Shown in pieces: positions 1 to 8,164 of a stretch of 20,000 nt of DNA (position 1 is the first letter of the stretch; the number at the start of each line of letters is the position of its first letter). The notes beneath the pieces were generated by a model that was given only the letters and a program-made list of their open reading frames with translations, made no database searches and was not told the origin of the DNA. The position numbers and the translations under genes are program-made. Origin of the DNA: Sanchytrium tribonematis. Lineage: Eukaryota. Location: contig JADGIG010000003.1 of assembly GCA_018985235.1 (NCBI GenBank), forward strand, positions 57,008-77,007, given 5' to 3'.

Positions 1-930
1 AAGATTGTTTGCAATGCAGTAAGCGAAGGCAATAAAGCTGTAATCAGTGATTTGTTAAATATGGTGGAGGCTCTACCAGAAGATGAATTCGACCTTTGCA
101 ACAAAATTCTTCATACTGCTTACATGTCGACTGAATACAGTTCAATTGAGACAAGAAAAAGGGCGGCCCAATTAGCTTCATTTGTTGGCGCCTATCATTT
201 AGAAGCGGATATCACAAGTATTGTTAATAGCTTTATAGCAGTTATTAGCTCTGTACTTAAAGAACCTAACATAGGCAATTCTTACTCTGAGAATATAGCC
301 TTGCAAAATATCCAAGCGAGATCCAGAATGGTTCTTTCCTACTGCTTTTCCATTCTGGTACCTTGGTTTAGAAATACAAATGGCAACTTGTTAGTGTTGG
401 GTACAGCAAACGTAGATGAATCTTTGCGGGGGTACTTTACCAAATACGATTGCAGTAGTGCAGACTTAAATCTCATTGGTTCAATTTCCAAAACGGATCT
501 AAAAGCTTTTGTTTCTTTTTGCAAAGACAAATTTGAAATGCCATTTCTTTCAGAATTTATAAAAGCAACTCCAACTGCGGAATTAAGACCTGGAGAGGAT
601 CTTCAATCAGATGAAGTAGAAATGAAAATGACTTACGAAGAATTATCGATATATGGACGGTTGAGAAAAATATTCAAATGTGGTCCGATTTCAATGTACA
701 ATCACCTGCTATTAGAGTGGAGTCCTATGCCACCAAAGGAAGTTCTCGATAAAGTTAAAACATTTTTTCATTACTATGGTATCAATAGACACAAAATGGC
801 TGTCATCACCCCATCATACCATGCAGAATCCTATTCACCCGATGACAATCGATATGACTTGCGCCCATTGCTGTACAAAAAATGGGATAGTTTTTATTCT
901 GTAATAGAAGAGCATATCGAAATGCTTTAA
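1..930 (+). CDS. QNS1: Glutamine-dependent NAD+ synthetase, C-terminal synthetase domain (5' partial)
   Basis: Frame is open from base 1 (KIVCNAVSEGNKAVISDL...). Motifs ENIALQNIQARSRMV, LVLGTANVDESLRGYFTKYDCSSAD, PTAEL, DEVEM, INRHKM..TPSYHAESYSPDDNRYDLRP. Stop TAA 928-930. Confidence 0.97.
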   Translation, partial: KIVCNAVSEGNKAVISDLLNMVEALPEDEFDLCNKILHTAYMSTEYSSIETRKRAAQLASFVGAYHLEADITSIVNSFIAVISSVLKEPNIGNSYSENIALQNIQARSRMVLSYCFSILVPWFRNTNGNLLVLGTANVDESLRGYFTKYDCSSADLNLIGSISKTDLKAFVSFCKDKFEMPFLSEFIKATPTAELRPGEDLQSDEVEMKMTYEELSIYGRLRKIFKCGPISMYNHLLLEWSPMPPKEVLDKVKTFFHYYGINRHKMAVITPSYHAESYSPDDNRYDLRPLLYKKWDSFYSVIEEHIEML

Positions 931-1535
931 AAATCTTCATTGGTAACATTACCAGATGAATCTAATAAACTGGGTAACCTAAAAACATCCAAAGTTAATT
1001 GATCGTTGCATTCCAATATAAACAAATCAGTCGTGTACGGCTTTTCAATCTTCACAAATCCTCTGTATTCGGTTTTTTTCAAAATTTCAGTCGAATATTC
1101 CGTAATATAACAAAAGTCGTAAAAGCTTAAATCAAGAAATTCGTCGCAAATAATAATACAAGTCATTTTGGTTTTTCTCATTTGATAAAGCTCTTCTGCT
1201 GTTGGATTAGAAACAAATACCAGTAAGCCATTGTTGAGAACTTCAAACTTTTTTAGATTTTTGACTTGATAATTTTGATGATTTAAATTCATAATTCCTT
1301 CCTTCAATGGCTCTAGGTGCTCAACAATCTGTTCTATTTTATCGTGTTCGTATTGATAAGCGATGTTAAATTTAACTTTGGATAATTTAGTTTCAATTTT
1401 AGGAAGATACAGCTCGATATCGTGTGGATTGTATACATACAATTCAGGTTCTTTAAGAAGTAGCAAGCTACATAAAAGATTGCCAAAAGGACCAGTTATC
1501 CCGTGAATTTTATTAGCGGATAATTTAATTGTCAT
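927..1535 (-). CDS. ELP4: Divergent, shortened Elongator complex subunit 4
   Basis: FNIAYQY resembles the Elp4 MKIAWRY motif. EYRGFVKIEK resembles EYHGLIHI. TLDVFRLPSL resembles TIERLHLPP, and the protein ends in ...EDF like the Elp4 C-terminal LDF. First ATG at 1535 (track start is TTG). Confidence 0.65.
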   Translation of the reverse strand: MTIKLSANKIHGITGPFGNLLCSLLLLKEPELYVYNPHDIELYLPKIETKLSKVKFNIAYQYEHDKIEQIVEHLEPLKEGIMNLNHQNYQVKNLKKFEVLNNGLLVFVSNPTAEELYQMRKTKMTCIIICDEFLDLSFYDFCYITEYSTEILKKTEYRGFVKIEKPYTTDLFILECNDQLTLDVFRLPSLLDSSGNVTNEDF

Positions 1536-1562
1536 CAAGTATTTCGATCAAGGAGATAACTT

Positions 1563-2696
1563 TTATTTCAAAGCATATAAAATATGACAACGCGGGCTGC
1601 TTTCTGGAAACAATTTGTATAGTTCACATTTATGACCTTGTTCAATTATATATTGCTGTTTATCCAAAAGGAAAAAATATTCGAGTAATCTACCTGCACA
1701 TATAAATCGTTTAAGTAAGGAAATTTTTAAATGATGCAATAAATTTTGGTCAAACTCAATATCAGAAATAGGATTTAAGCTCAGGGACTCGATGAAATAC
1801 TTTTTGTAGCTTTGGTAGTTTTCAAATTTCAAATACTTCAATTTTCCACTGATGGGATGAAAAACTTCATTAGAATAGTCGTAGCCTGATTTATGACACT
1901 CTGCTTTAAATCTTGTTCTATATTCTAATTTTTTAAGCCATTCTAGTACATCTTTGTTATCTTTCCAAGTAATTGTAGAATGACTTGCAATGTTTTTACT
2001 GGACAGTAACTGAATTACGTCTAGAAATTGGTATCGCATGAGAATATCAAATCCTTTTTTGGAAAGTGGTATATATTGGTTGTCAGTTTTATGATAGCAG
2101 CAAGGAGCGTGAAGTAATCCTTTAATTTTTTTGTTGGTGCAGAATTCTTTCATAATGAATACGCTTAAATCACCACAAGTGTGCAAAGCCGACAATATAC
2201 AATTTTCCGAAATCAATTTTCCAAGTGAATTTTCAATTACGTAGTGATTTAATACAGCTATGCCTCGCTGTTCAGCAACCTCACAAAGCTTTTTCTGTCC
2301 CTCCACAACAACGCAGTTTCGGTACCCGTATATAGAGCGAAGCAAAAGACACAGATTCCCTTTGCCACCTCCTACATCCACTATTTCACTGCAATTTGTT
2401 TGTTCGACCATGCCTTTGATAACTGGCATATATAATTCGCACTCATTTTTCTTCTTCAGACCAATCCCAGTGGTCTGCCATCTGTTTAAATCTAACGGAG
2501 TGACCTTGAATTGAGGTATTGTCACCTCAAACTTTCTATTTTGTAAAAGGTTAGCGAATTCATAATAACTATGATTTGAACAGAATTGAATTTCTAATTT
2601 TGTGAGAGAATCCGCCCAAGATAGATCAATCAGCCAGTCATTTGGGTGGTAAAGCAAGTTTTTGTATGTCAATAGCTCTTGTAGAATGACTTCCAT
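1563..2696 (-). CDS. METTL25/RRNAD1-family class I SAM-dependent methyltransferase
   Basis: KKKNE, IVDVGGGKGNL (SAM-binding motif I), LHTCGDLS, PCCYHK and C-terminal LFPESSPRC match this family. First ATG at 2696 (track start is TTG). Confidence 0.85.
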   Translation of the reverse strand: MEVILQELLTYKNLLYHPNDWLIDLSWADSLTKLEIQFCSNHSYYEFANLLQNRKFEVTIPQFKVTPLDLNRWQTTGIGLKKKNECELYMPVIKGMVEQTNCSEIVDVGGGKGNLCLLLRSIYGYRNCVVVEGQKKLCEVAEQRGIAVLNHYVIENSLGKLISENCILSALHTCGDLSVFIMKEFCTNKKIKGLLHAPCCYHKTDNQYIPLSKKGFDILMRYQFLDVIQLLSSKNIASHSTITWKDNKDVLEWLKKLEYRTRFKAECHKSGYDYSNEVFHPISGKLKYLKFENYQSYKKYFIESLSLNPISDIEFDQNLLHHLKISLLKRFICAGRLLEYFFLLDKQQYIIEQGHKCELYKLFPESSPRCHILYALK

Positions 2697-2732
2697 GGAA
2701 TTCAAGTGAGGAGAAAACACATTTATCAAATT

Positions 2733-2978
2733 ATGTCTTCTGCAATTTACGACGAAATAGAATTTGAGGATTTCATTTATGACTCTGTTTCTAAAATATT
2801 TACATATCCGTGTCCTTGTGGCGACAATTTTGTTATTTCTCTTAATGATTTACTTGAGGGAGAGGACATTGCCAAATGCCCTAGTTGCACCTTACAAATC
2901 AAAGTTATTTATGAAATAGAAGACGTTGAAGACTTTGAGGAAGCTGAAATCAATGAAGTTAGTGTGAAAGCCTGCTGA
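2733..2978 (+). CDS. DPH3: Diphthamide biosynthesis protein 3 / Kti11, CSL zinc finger
   Basis: YDEIEFEDF...FTYPCPCGDNF...IAKCPSCTLQIKVIY. ATG at 2733, TGA at 2976-2978. Confidence 0.96.
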   Translation: MSSAIYDEIEFEDFIYDSVSKIFTYPCPCGDNFVISLNDLLEGEDIAKCPSCTLQIKVIYEIEDVEDFEEAEINEVSVKAC

Positions 2979-3020
2979 GACTAAAATTATGCAAAATTTA
3001 ATAAATCTCCTTTTAATTTT

Positions 3021-3365
3021 ATGTCTTCCAGATTAAAAGAATATCTCGAGCAATCATCATTCAGTATGTATTCTTCGTTTGGTCAGGCTGATTACAGTTC
3101 CCTTTTTGAGCCTCGGAAAGGACAAAAGCTTACTGGTGACAATTTTACACCTTTAGATGATTCTGCAAAAGATTTTGGAAATAAAAGTAAGAATCACAAA
3201 GCAATACCCAAAAAGCCAAGTGTGATGGAAGCGCAGCCAAAAAATGAATTGTTCAGAGTACGCAAAATTTCATCCAATGAGCAAGAGTCTACACCAGATG
3301 AATTCGATACACAAAATCAGAATGATGACATGCAAATAAGTAATTCAGAAAGCCCACAGCAATAA
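3021..3365 (+). CDS. Hypothetical hydrophilic, probably disordered protein (114 aa)
   Basis: ATG-initiated ORF fills the gap between DPH3 and NDUFB4 and has the CTCCTT element 8 nt upstream. No family recognised. 3' end overlaps NDUFB4 by 21 nt. Confidence 0.6.
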   Translation: MSSRLKEYLEQSSFSMYSSFGQADYSSLFEPRKGQKLTGDNFTPLDDSAKDFGNKSKNHKAIPKKPSVMEAQPKNELFRVRKISSNEQESTPDEFDTQNQNDDMQISNSESPQQ

Positions 3366-3602
3366 ATACGAATGCAAGAACTCTTTATTAAGTCTGTTTC
3401 TAACATCATTCCATGGGTTATACTTCCGTTCTTCGTTGTAAAATAAGTATCCAAGAAAAGCTGGAAAAAGAACTGCTCTGGTTAAAACATAGCGAGCATT
3501 ATATGAGTTCCATCGAAAATAGTGGTCATAGCCATCTCTAAATGCAACCCATCTTTCAATTGCTGTATCAGGGACAAAATTAGTGAGGAATTTATGACCC
3601 AT
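3345..3602 (-). CDS. NDUFB4: Mitochondrial complex I accessory subunit B15/NB5M (NDUFB4 family)
   Basis: DTAIERW...HYFRWNSYNARY followed by one TM segment (VLFPAFLGYLFY). Matches the fungal DPALERW...YFRWTPRTAR...VPxxxGY pattern. Confidence 0.8.
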   Translation of the reverse strand: MGHKFLTNFVPDTAIERWVAFRDGYDHYFRWNSYNARYVLTRAVLFPAFLGYLFYNEERKYNPWNDVRNRLNKEFLHSYLLLWAF

Positions 3603-3605
3603 TAA

Positions 3606-3616
3606 GTAACAAGGAG
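3606..3616 (-). promoter_or_regulatory. CTCCTTGTTAC start-proximal element (NDUFB4)
   Basis: The same 11-mer with the same 3-nt spacing to ATG occurs at 6126-6136. The CTCCT core precedes 8 genes. Confidence 0.6.
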
Positions 3617-3631
3617 CATAAAAGTTTTATT

Positions 3632-4405
3632 TCAAAACATAAGCAATGCAAGTATATAAACAATACTCAAAGGAAGACTCACACGCTTACCACTAGGGCT
3701 ATCCTTCGGTTTGACACTGTATTGGAATGTGTAATTTGTACAAGAATTTGAAATGCCAGAGAAATTTTTCATAAGAAAATTACTTACGTCTTGCATTTCT
3801 GTAACGGTCATGGTATGCCCTGAATCGTGTTCACAGCGATACAAATTTGCATTGGAATATCTCACGGAATCTATAAATATATTGGTCGACGATGTAAAGC
3901 TGATAATCGATAAAATATCTTTCGATCCGCCACTATAAGCCATGATTTTTGGAACATCATGAACATTATTATAATCTTCTGAATAAACAAATCCGCCTGA
4001 CATGGAAACAACCAACTGAATTTTATCTGCTCTCAGGAAAGCTAAATGAGAACACATAATAGCTCCAGCAGAGAATCCTGCAACATACACTGTAGCAATT
4101 TGCACTTCTTTGAGTATAGCATCAAATAGATTAACATCAGTCATTGTCTCAGAATTTACAAGGTACCACTCGAATTGATTAGGGCCTATCACACTCTTAG
4201 GGGACGCAACAACAATATCTGTCATTTGTTGATACCAAGTCTGATCAACATATTCGGTAGGATCGCCGCCTGTTCTGTGAAAATAAACTACTAGAACATT
4301 GGCCAATCCTTTTTGCGTGGCATAATATTGCCTTGCTTCACCATTCACTGTAATGCTATTCAACTGCCCCCCAACAAATGCAGAAATAAGTAAAATGTGA
4401 ATCAT
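3632..4405 (-). CDS. Secreted, putatively GPI-anchored alpha/beta-hydrolase (PHB-depolymerase/esterase-like), paralog 1
   Basis: Signal-like N-terminus MIHILLISAFVGG, nucleophile elbow GFSAG, candidate Asp (GGSKD) and His (HDSGH), hydrophobic C-terminal tail. Confidence 0.8.
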   Translation of the reverse strand: MIHILLISAFVGGQLNSITVNGEARQYYATQKGLANVLVVYFHRTGGDPTEYVDQTWYQQMTDIVVASPKSVIGPNQFEWYLVNSETMTDVNLFDAILKEVQIATVYVAGFSAGAIMCSHLAFLRADKIQLVVSMSGGFVYSEDYNNVHDVPKIMAYSGGSKDILSIISFTSSTNIFIDSVRYSNANLYRCEHDSGHTMTVTEMQDVSNFLMKNFSGISNSCTNYTFQYSVKPKDSPSGKRVSLPLSIVYILALLMF

Positions 4406-4455
4406 CAATTATGAAGAGGTGTTTCAAATTGGGAAATCCTATATTTTTCGGAAAA

Positions 4456-5280
4456 TTAACTACCAGATAAAAAATAGAGGAGCCAGAAGAAATTACAGCC
4501 GTGAATTATGAGACTTGAACTGTCAACATCTTTGAGTAAATTTTCATTCTGTGCGATGGTACTTTGTTTGAAAAGACAGTCTTTCGGTTTGGTATAATTA
4601 GCAAAATTCGTAATCTTTAAAAAATTAATGGCACTAGCCTGCTCGAGTTCGGTTATTTTGTGTCCCTTATTGTGCTCACAAACAAATAAAATCGAATTCT
4701 TATTCATCGCTTCCGAAATATACCTGTTTGTCGCAGTTTGGAAGGACACCAGTGCTACTGAATCCAAATGTCCACCATTGTATATCATCGTTGGGGGCAC
4801 TATGGTATTATTGTAGCTATTTTCTATAAGGAAGCCGCCACTAAATATAACGGAAGACGCAATCATATTTTGCCTAAGGAATGTCATATGGGCTACATGT
4901 ATGCCTCCTGCAGAAAATCCCATAAGATGAATTTTTTTCCTATCGATTTGTGTTCCTAAAGCTGTAATCAAGTTATCCGAAAGTTCAATATCATCTAAAT
5001 CGTCACTCAGAACAATGTGCCATTCAAATTCTGAAGGGCCAATATCGCTCTTCGGTGCACATATTATCGTATTGTTAGGAACGTGTTTATACCAGTAAGA
5101 TTTTTGGTACTTAAGAACGTCCTCGCTTGTGCCATGGAAATATAAAATTAACGAATTGTTCTCATCTTTTTCGCCTCGCTTTGAGCAGTAGACTTCCCTG
5201 GTTTTACTTCCTATCTGAAATTGATTGAACTGACTAAAAATGATTTCTTTTGACAACAACAGTGACAAAAAAATTATCAT
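4456..5280 (-). CDS. Secreted, putatively GPI-anchored alpha/beta-hydrolase, paralog 2
   Basis: Signal-like MIIFLSLLLS, YFHGT oxyanion motif, GFSAGG, GGHLD, HNKGH, hydrophobic tail. Collinear similarity to 3632-4405 (PKS.IGP..FEW, H..FLR...I, SGGF). Confidence 0.82.
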   Translation of the reverse strand: MIIFLSLLLSKEIIFSQFNQFQIGSKTREVYCSKRGEKDENNSLILYFHGTSEDVLKYQKSYWYKHVPNNTIICAPKSDIGPSEFEWHIVLSDDLDDIELSDNLITALGTQIDRKKIHLMGFSAGGIHVAHMTFLRQNMIASSVIFSGGFLIENSYNNTIVPPTMIYNGGHLDSVALVSFQTATNRYISEAMNKNSILFVCEHNKGHKITELEQASAINFLKITNFANYTKPKDCLFKQSTIAQNENLLKDVDSSSLIIHGCNFFWLLYFLSGS

Positions 5281-5324
5281 GTGATACAAAGGATACAAAC
5301 AATTTAAAAAAAATGCACAGTGAT

Positions 5325-6122
5325 TTATTCATCCGAAAACTCATCAGAATAATTTTCTCGAAATTCTTGCCTTCTCGCCCTTCGTCTAGGTCTATTAGTG
5401 TTACCTCTACGAGATTCATCATCTACCGGCCTGGTGACTTCATCGTCAGAGTATATGTCTTCTCTTTCTACTATCCTTTCTCGCCTTGGTCTTTTATTTG
5501 TCCTCTTTGGTTTCTCTGGCTTATAAGTTACATGATTTCGCATAATATTAATGTCATAATCAACTTCGCTAGGTTTCAATTTCTCGCCAGGTCTACCCAG
5601 AGGCTTCTTTTTCGAATTCGCAAGTCTTTCCAGTATTTCTTCCGGAGTTTCACTATCATTAAGTATCATCTTAGAATACGGCATATTTGTGTCATTAGAT
5701 ATTTTGCCTGGGTCTTTCCGGCCAAAGCTGGTTACAGAATTTTGATTTCGGTCAGTTTCAATTATTTTTTTGCGTTCATTCAGGACTTCCATGAAATTTC
5801 CAAAAATGGAATCGGATATTCTGATAAAATCAGCTTCTATGTAATCTTTCATGTTTGTGGCTGTTTTTACAGCTTCTTCTGATATGTTTTTAAATGTTTC
5901 CTCCGATTCTCGTATCTGGTCTATTCTATTCTTGTCTAGAAGTTTTTCATAATATTGTAGCAAAGGGTGCTGTTTTTGTGTAATTTGCTCCAACTCCTTT
6001 TCTAGCATGCGAATTTGTTTTTTGTGAGGGTCTTCATGCTTTAGCTTTTTTACTTCTTCAGAAATATGCCAATATCTTTTTTCTGCGTCGCTTATCCCAA
6101 TTTCTTCACTGAGACTTCCCAT
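5325..6122 (-). CDS. Sds3/BRMS1-like subunit of the Sin3-Rpd3 HDAC complex
   Basis: Coiled coil LEKELEQITQKQHPLLQYYEKLLDKNR resembles the Sds3 L..I..G.HPEY...L..L...R pattern. C-terminal KKKP...LKPSEVDYDINIM resembles L...EI..D...I. ATG at 6122 follows the CTCCTTGTTAC element. Confidence 0.65.
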   Translation of the reverse strand: MGSLSEEIGISDAEKRYWHISEEVKKLKHEDPHKKQIRMLEKELEQITQKQHPLLQYYEKLLDKNRIDQIRESEETFKNISEEAVKTATNMKDYIEADFIRISDSIFGNFMEVLNERKKIIETDRNQNSVTSFGRKDPGKISNDTNMPYSKMILNDSETPEEILERLANSKKKPLGRPGEKLKPSEVDYDINIMRNHVTYKPEKPKRTNKRPRRERIVEREDIYSDDEVTRPVDDESRRGNTNRPRRRARRQEFRENYSDEFSDE

Positions 6123-6125
6123 AAT

Positions 6126-6136
6126 GTAACAAGGAG
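6126..6136 (-). promoter_or_regulatory. CTCCTTGTTAC start-proximal element (Sds3-like gene)
   Basis: Identical to 3606-3616, 3 nt before ATG 6122. Confidence 0.6.
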
Positions 6137-6275
6137 ACACGTGTCTGATTGGTTTTGCAAAATAGGCTTGTCCAAAAATAAACCGAATAGTTGCATAAAT
6201 TTTACTTATTAATATTCAACTGAATATTTGAATAGGGTTGGAATAAAATATAGAACTGTGTCCAAATTTGTACTC

Positions 6276-7410
6276 TCAAGATGATTTTGGGTGAGTCACA
6301 TCCTCTCCCATAAGACTAGATAAACTAGATGAATATCGCTTATAATGTTGCTTTTTGGTAGTGTGAAATGAAAGTATAGCTGCCACAATGCTAGCAAACA
6401 AGGCGCCGAAAACCAAGAATAAATAATTATAATCGAAAGGAGTATCATTAGCGTCGATGTCTTTTGAATTCTCAGAATTTTTGTCTAAATGAAAATGAAT
6501 TACATGATGATAGTAAAGAGTAAACATTGAAACAATTTTGCAGTGGTGACGAGATTACTAAATTAGAATCTGTGAAAGTGACTGAAGCTCCAAATCCACT
6601 GTTTGGAGACCCATACAATTGATCTAATTTATAATACGGGAGTCCACTATTTGGTTTCAAAAATCTAGATTCGTCGGAAAAAGCTTGCCCAGGTAAGTTT
6701 CTACTTAAAATTGAAACAAAAGGCTCGATTGGATCCGTGACTATTACGAAAAGACCATTTTTCATTGAACTTATTCTTGAGCCATTAATTGACATTGAAC
6801 TATTGTATTTTAATGAATCTCTTTCATAAAAATTAATCTTGTCGTTATTTTGGGTAATCAAATAAAAGTCATTCAGAACTGCATTTATGATAGAGGAGCT
6901 TTGCTCTACTATCCTGACCTGTTTAAGCTTGAGATTTTCAATTTTAAATTGGGTAATTTCGTTTCCGAAAGTAAATATGTCAGAGTCATCGCAGACAAAT
7001 TTAGTTGCTGAGATCGCTGCGTAGTCTACCGGTGTTAAAACTCCGCTATTCATTTGGAAAATTTGAAGCGAATCTGAAGCAATAACTGTTACGAACTTTC
7101 CACATAACTTGACGTCAATGAAATCCAACGCAAAATTATACCATCTATCTTGATATAAGGATACCGATTGACAGACAGATTTAAATAAAATATCATTATT
7201 GAAAGTTGATATACCATAGCCGGCACCGGTTGAACAACTTCCATCTAGATGCCCTAAGATATTATAGTTTGCGTCAAATTTCCAGACTGTGTTCTCCGAA
7301 AACGGGGACCCAATGAAGATTGTGTTGTTTTGTAATGCTGCTGTGGTCCACCCATACAATCCTCCATTAACAGTTTGAGAAGAACAGGAGCTTTTTAAAA
7401 GTTTAAACAT
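6276..7410 (-). CDS. Single-pass membrane protein with FG-GAP-like beta-propeller ectodomain; two exons (7410-6504, 6484-6276), 371 aa
   Basis: Track ORFs 6472-7413 and 6276-6527 join in frame after removing a 19-nt GT-AG intron (...LLSS-Y-KNSENSK...). Repeats GLYGWTTA..NTIFIGSP and SGFGASVTF..NLVISSP; TM YLFLVFGALFASIVAAILSF followed by a basic tail. Confidence 0.7.
6485..6503 (-). other. 19-nt spliceosomal intron GTAATTCATTTTCATTTAG
   Basis: GT-AG ends and TTCAT branch-like motif. Removal fuses two overlapping ORFs in frame and supplies the TM anchor. Confidence 0.8.
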
Positions 7411-7439
7411 CAAACTAACTTGACCTAATTTTGAAACAT

Positions 7440-8099
7440 TTACTTTTTCTTTAACAAAGCAGCTCTTCTAGAATACGTTCTTGGTGCGGGTTTTTTTTGG
7501 GTCTCGTCTGTTCTCTTCTTTTTAATAGGTATATCAACAGATGCGAGTGATGTTCTTTTTAAAGGTATTGAATTTGCCACTTCTGAATCAGAGCTGGTGG
7601 GTGGCACCGCAGTTTTTTTTGAAGTTTTTTTCTTGGACACCGCTTTAGATTTAGCCTTGACATTTTTAGACTTGCTGGAATGCGAATCTTTGATGTTCGG
7701 CGAAATTGTTGATTTTACATCAAGCGGTGACTCCAATGCCTTGTTTTCAAACTGATCTGTTTGTATAAATTGTTCCTTATGGTCATATTCAGCTTGAGCA
7801 AATTGTTCTTTCGAAAAGACTTCATGCTGAATATATTGATCTTTCTGATCTAAATCTGTCTGAACGTTCTGATCATAATAAACATTCTCAATTGTCATAG
7901 TACCCGCACTTTTAATCTCTTTTAGATTTTCGTCCCTCGTGTTCAATGTCTTGGGTTGAATTTTGCCTCTGTTTTCGTCGATAAATTCTTTCACATATTG
8001 TGAAAGTTGTGAATTATCAATAAAAATCTGCTCAAAAGTCACTTTCTTCAAGGATGCGGGCATTTCTTTAAAAATTGAATTGAGATGTTTTGTTGCCAT
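7440..8099 (-). CDS. Hypothetical disordered, basic protein with 11-aa xQT-like tandem repeats
   Basis: 219-aa ATG ORF. Repeats YDQNVQTD / KDQYIQHE / KEQFAQAE / KEQFIQTD and a Lys-rich NLS-like C-terminus. May extend to 7415 via a candidate 19-nt intron. Confidence 0.75.
   Translation of the reverse strand: MATKHLNSIFKEMPASLKKVTFEQIFIDNSQLSQYVKEFIDENRGKIQPKTLNTRDENLKEIKSAGTMTIENVYYDQNVQTDLDQKDQYIQHEVFSKEQFAQAEYDHKEQFIQTDQFENKALESPLDVKSTISPNIKDSHSSKSKNVKAKSKAVSKKKTSKKTAVPPTSSDSEVANSIPLKRTSLASVDIPIKKKRTDETQKKPAPRTYSRRAALLKKK
7755..7880 (-). repeat. Four degenerate 33-bp (11-aa) coding tandem repeats
   Basis: The central Gln of VQT, IQH, AQA and IQT are each exactly 11 residues apart. Confidence 0.7.
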
Positions 8100-8164
8100 T
8101 TGTTGATGCCAAACGAGGGAATATATAAAAAAATTTATTTTTTAGACTCTTTCGAAGTGTGAGA

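Noticed and set aside
5250..5882. 210-aa plus-strand ORF
   Set aside because: TTG start and an antisense shadow of the Sds3-like gene. Its Phe/Ile/Ser-rich composition is the expected mirror of a Lys/Glu/Arg-rich CDS.
7391..7443. 53-nt intron that would fuse ORF 7440-8099 in frame to the propeller gene
   Set aside because: AAG acceptor, length unlike the other introns, and a basic nuclear-like domain fused to a membrane propeller is implausible.
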